From: Candidatus Woesearchaeota archaeon
GTDB lineage: Archaea > Nanobdellota > Nanobdellia > Woesearchaeales > JACPBV01
Direction of reading: 5' to 3'
Length of the DNA: 64,000 nucleotides
NCBI GenBank assembly: GCA_016180135.1
Contig: JACPBV010000009.1
Span: 19,248 to 83,247, forward strand
Part shown: positions 61,704 to 64,000 of the stretch, piece by piece
Position numbering within the stretch: the first letter of the stretch is position 1
How the letters are laid out: each line of letters starts with the position of its first letter
The notes under the pieces: model-generated
The model's input: only the letters and a program-made list of their open reading frames with translations
What the model was told of the DNA's origin: nothing
The model's database searches: none
Translations under genes and position numbers: made by a program

Positions 61704-63536
61704 TTATGAATGCCCTCCTTCTGTTTTTGTCTTGGCGGGTGCCCCAACAAAGACTTCCTTCGAAGTTGGGCCCCCCCAAATAAATTTCCCAGCCTGAGCT
61801 TTGCCAAATTGGTCTGCAAAATGTGAAAGGTAGCTTCCAACAAATGCGCTAATCCCCGAAGTTGTTAGCGTTGGATAGGGGTTTGCAGGCTCATTTTTAA
61901 TAAGGGATTCTTCAACTTTTCCAATATCTTTGATTCCCCAATAAATAAATTTTCCTGAATCTTTGAGAGCCTCTAAATCAAATGCAGGGTTTCCATCTTG
62001 AGCTTCTCCGGCTTGATGGATATCCTTAAAAATAATGCTTTTTCTGTCTAATAATTCCTCATAGCTAATTGCAAGAAGGCTATGGGGATGGAATGTACCA
62101 TGGATAACATCTCTCACAAAATAATGCCAATCACGTTCCATAGTTGCTAGCGGGATAGTCATATCAGGATGATCAATAATATTGTTGATAATGACCCTTT
62201 TTCCACCGACAATAATATATTCCACGGGCTTAATCCTGTAGAGTGGGATTGTCTCATCTCCACTATATCTGATTTGGTTCAACTGCTTAATAAAATACCC
62301 ATCTAAGTCAACCTCGTAATCAAGGATATTCCCAATCTTATACCTATCGGGGTCTCTCTGAGATTTGTTGCCCACAACCCCCTCTTCATGTTCCCCGGAT
62401 ATTTTTATAGTATAAAAAACATCACTCCCCTCCTTTTTGACAGTATAGGTTACTTTATATTTGGTTGCACCAGCTCTTGCAAACTTATAGAAATGGCAAA
62501 ACTTTCCAAACATCAGGTATTGATTAAAAATAATCAGCCTTGCATTCTTAAGCTGGTTATGGCCAGAATATCTCTTAAACTCCCCAGGATACCTTTTCTC
62601 AGCTGTTCCTTTTGGTCCTTGAAATGCAAGAAGGTTTCCATTCATCTCTCTGATTAGGTCCCCCTCATTTCTTTTTTCGCCCATTTTTAGATCCATAAAA
62701 ATATGTTTATCCGATGCTCCTCCCGCAGATGGGGGGGTTAAAAATTTTTTAATATTGCTAAAAAAAGTTAAGATCACAATATGATTTGCCATTCCTCCAT
62801 AAAGTGTTTGGAAGCTTTGATTATTTAGAAAATCTCCATTATTTTCTACATAATAACCCTCTTTCCTAGGTAAAAGGTCTATCGATTCCCCAAAATTTTT
62901 ATTGTCGTATTTCCAACCCCATTTCAATATATCATACCTCAACTCAACTCTTCTTGGATCATAATAAGCAAGGGCGGTACCTCCTTCATCTTTTTCTTCA
63001 GTGTAAGTGGTAGTGTAAATTTGAGATATTTCCTTAGACTTCCCACTAACATAATTTGCTTTTCCAAAATAAACTTCAAGCCTAAGCATGTAATTCATGT
63101 TTGCCCAAAAAAGGGCCCAAAGCTGCCTTATTGTTGGATTAAGCTCTTCATCTGTCGTACCGCCAGCATTAGTTGTATACTTTAATCCCCATTGCTGGAT
63201 GAACCACCTTATAACTCCCCAATCCAAACGATGGAGATTTTTTGTAAACTCTTTAATATTGTAAGAGAGGTCATCCATAAACCCACGTTTTGCTTTTTCT
63301 TTTGCCTCCCCTTTCCCGATTGACATCAGCATCACAACAATGACAGCTAGCATCACTAATCCGCCAATCAAAGTCCCCACTATTTTAAACGCCCCGGAAA
63401 ACTGCCCGCTCCCCTCACCAGTAACTCCTGCGCTTTTCAGGGAAAGGACAATAATCCCGGTGATGACAGCAGTAGCTACTAGAGTAAGAATCCATCCTTC
63501 CATGCTGTCCGGGTCCTTAAACTTTCCAATGTCCAT
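61704..63536 (-). CDS. Hypothetical protein with two N-terminal TM helices (610 aa), paralogue of the 669-aa protein; G-T-F-HPHSL motif
   Basis: WILTLVATAVITGIIVLSL and IVGTLIGGLVMLAVIVVMLMSI are the TM helices. GTFHPHSL is encoded at 62076-62099. GAGG lies upstream of the ATG. Confidence 0.8.
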   Translation of the reverse strand: MDIGKFKDPDSMEGWILTLVATAVITGIIVLSLKSAGVTGEGSGQFSGAFKIVGTLIGGLVMLAVIVVMLMSIGKGEAKEKAKRGFMDDLSYNIKEFTKNLHRLDWGVIRWFIQQWGLKYTTNAGGTTDEELNPTIRQLWALFWANMNYMLRLEVYFGKANYVSGKSKEISQIYTTTYTEEKDEGGTALAYYDPRRVELRYDILKWGWKYDNKNFGESIDLLPRKEGYYVENNGDFLNNQSFQTLYGGMANHIVILTFFSNIKKFLTPPSAGGASDKHIFMDLKMGEKRNEGDLIREMNGNLLAFQGPKGTAEKRYPGEFKRYSGHNQLKNARLIIFNQYLMFGKFCHFYKFARAGATKYKVTYTVKKEGSDVFYTIKISGEHEEGVVGNKSQRDPDRYKIGNILDYEVDLDGYFIKQLNQIRYSGDETIPLYRIKPVEYIIVGGKRVIINNIIDHPDMTIPLATMERDWHYFVRDVIHGTFHPHSLLAISYEELLDRKSIIFKDIHQAGEAQDGNPAFDLEALKDSGKFIYWGIKDIGKVEESLIKNEPANPYPTLTTSGISAFVGSYLSHFADQFGKAQAGKFIWGGPTSKEVFVGAPAKTKTEGGHS

Positions 63537-63562
63537 TTTTTTTCCTCTTAAGGATGTGTTGC

Positions 63563-64000
63563 TCAGGGGGGTGTACCGCCGCCCGCAGCTGCTCTTGCTC
63601 CGATTATCCTTTGAATGAACCTCACGATGAAAAAGATAATGGCCCCTATGATAAGGGTTGCAATGTAGATATTGCTAAACACCCATTTGATAATCCCCCA
63701 AATCCCATCAATAAACACTGCATGCAGTATTCCCCCCGTCGAGGGAAATGCAAGATTTGCAAGCAGCAGGACCAATATCACTGCCCCAATGCCTGCAGCC
63801 TGGTTATTCCCAAAAGTGCTCTTGAGCTGCGTAAAGAACAACAGCCCAAACACAATCTCCCCGAAGGCAATCACCATCTCAACCCCTGTTTTGGGCGAAT
63901 TAGCCATCGAATAAGCGATGATTATTGCCATCATCCAGTTTAGCCCTTTGATTTCTCCTCCCACTTTGAGGATATTGGAGATTAAAAGCAGTGTCACCAG
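63563..64000 (-). CDS. Polytopic membrane protein (at least 144 aa; reading frame still open at the window end)
   Basis: Hydrophobic helices (WMMAIIIAYSM, VIAFGEIVFGLLFF, IGAVILVLLLANLAF, IYIATLIIGAIIFFIV) and a Gly/Ala/Pro tail. First gene of the operon as seen here. Confidence 0.6.
   Translation of the reverse strand: MVTLLLISNILKVGGEIKGLNWMMAIIIAYSMANSPKTGVEMVIAFGEIVFGLLFFTQLKSTFGNNQAAGIGAVILVLLLANLAFPSTGGILHAVFIDGIWGIIKWVFSNIYIATLIIGAIIFFIVRFIQRIIGARAAAGGGTPP

Noticed and set aside
63036-63059. [AG]-x4-G-K-[ST] match (ANYVSGKS, aa 160-167) in the 610-aa ORFan, considered as a Walker A
   Set aside because: The hydrophobic beta-strand context is weak and I could not find a convincing Walker B (hhhhD/E) downstream. 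The pattern is common by chance. It should be revisited if a structure model shows a P-loop fold.
1-64000. Search for tRNA, rRNA, SRP or RNase P RNA genes
   Set aside because: I found no GTTCGAATC/GGTTCAAATCC-type T-arm sequence, no cloverleaf-like GC-rich 75-nt block and no rRNA-like conserved stretch by eye. A tRNAscan or Infernal run would be needed for certainty.

Overview
This 64-kb window reads as an archaeal chromosome segment, probably from a small-genome DPANN-like lineage. That placement is inference. Archaeal markers are an Rpo11/RpoL subunit, a RecJ/GAN-type DHH nuclease, a PAC2 proteasome-assembly protein, a XerA-type recombinase, a cis-prenyltransferase, a PGF-pre-PGF-like surface-protein domain and TATA-box spacing consistent with leaderless transcripts. 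All function calls come from motif recognition by eye; no database search or computation was run. I recognised no rRNA, tRNA or CRISPR array.

Layout:
- 0-27 kb: mostly recognisable metabolism (ALS-like TPP enzyme, aldehyde dehydrogenase, type I GAPDH, fused transketolase, asparaginase, short 6PGDH translationally abutted to an MDR glucose-dehydrogenase-like enzyme, thioredoxin reductase, nitroreductase, tandem SIS protein). These are interleaved with Lrp/AsnC regulators and three PIN-type toxin-antitoxin pairs. A membrane-anchored protein made of three CxxC thioredoxin-fold modules also lies here.
- 27.9-33.9 kb: one 2021-2023-aa secreted, C-terminally anchored protein built from dozens of four-cysteine modules.
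- 34-41 kb: housekeeping genes (uppS, rpoL, an NPPF methyltransferase), then an unusually repeat-rich, gene-poor stretch. It holds a roughly 900-bp strand-skewed spacer ending in an 11-bp-phased TCCCA array, two coiled-coil/winged-helix proteins and the Xer-type recombinase.
- 41-64 kb: dominated by proteins I cannot assign. One regulator-led operon encodes an 870-aa polytopic IPT/TIG protein, a 1720-aa signal-less giant and a TPR/ankyrin protein. A second, low-GC, tightly coupled four-gene operon has two large proteins that are co-linear paralogues sharing a G-x-[FY]-HPHSL motif. An approximately 80-85% A+T divergent spacer lies between the two operons, directly abutting the first.

The two ORFan operons are my best candidates for an undescribed system, possibly a membrane-associated or host-interaction apparatus. 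The sequence alone does not reveal their function.
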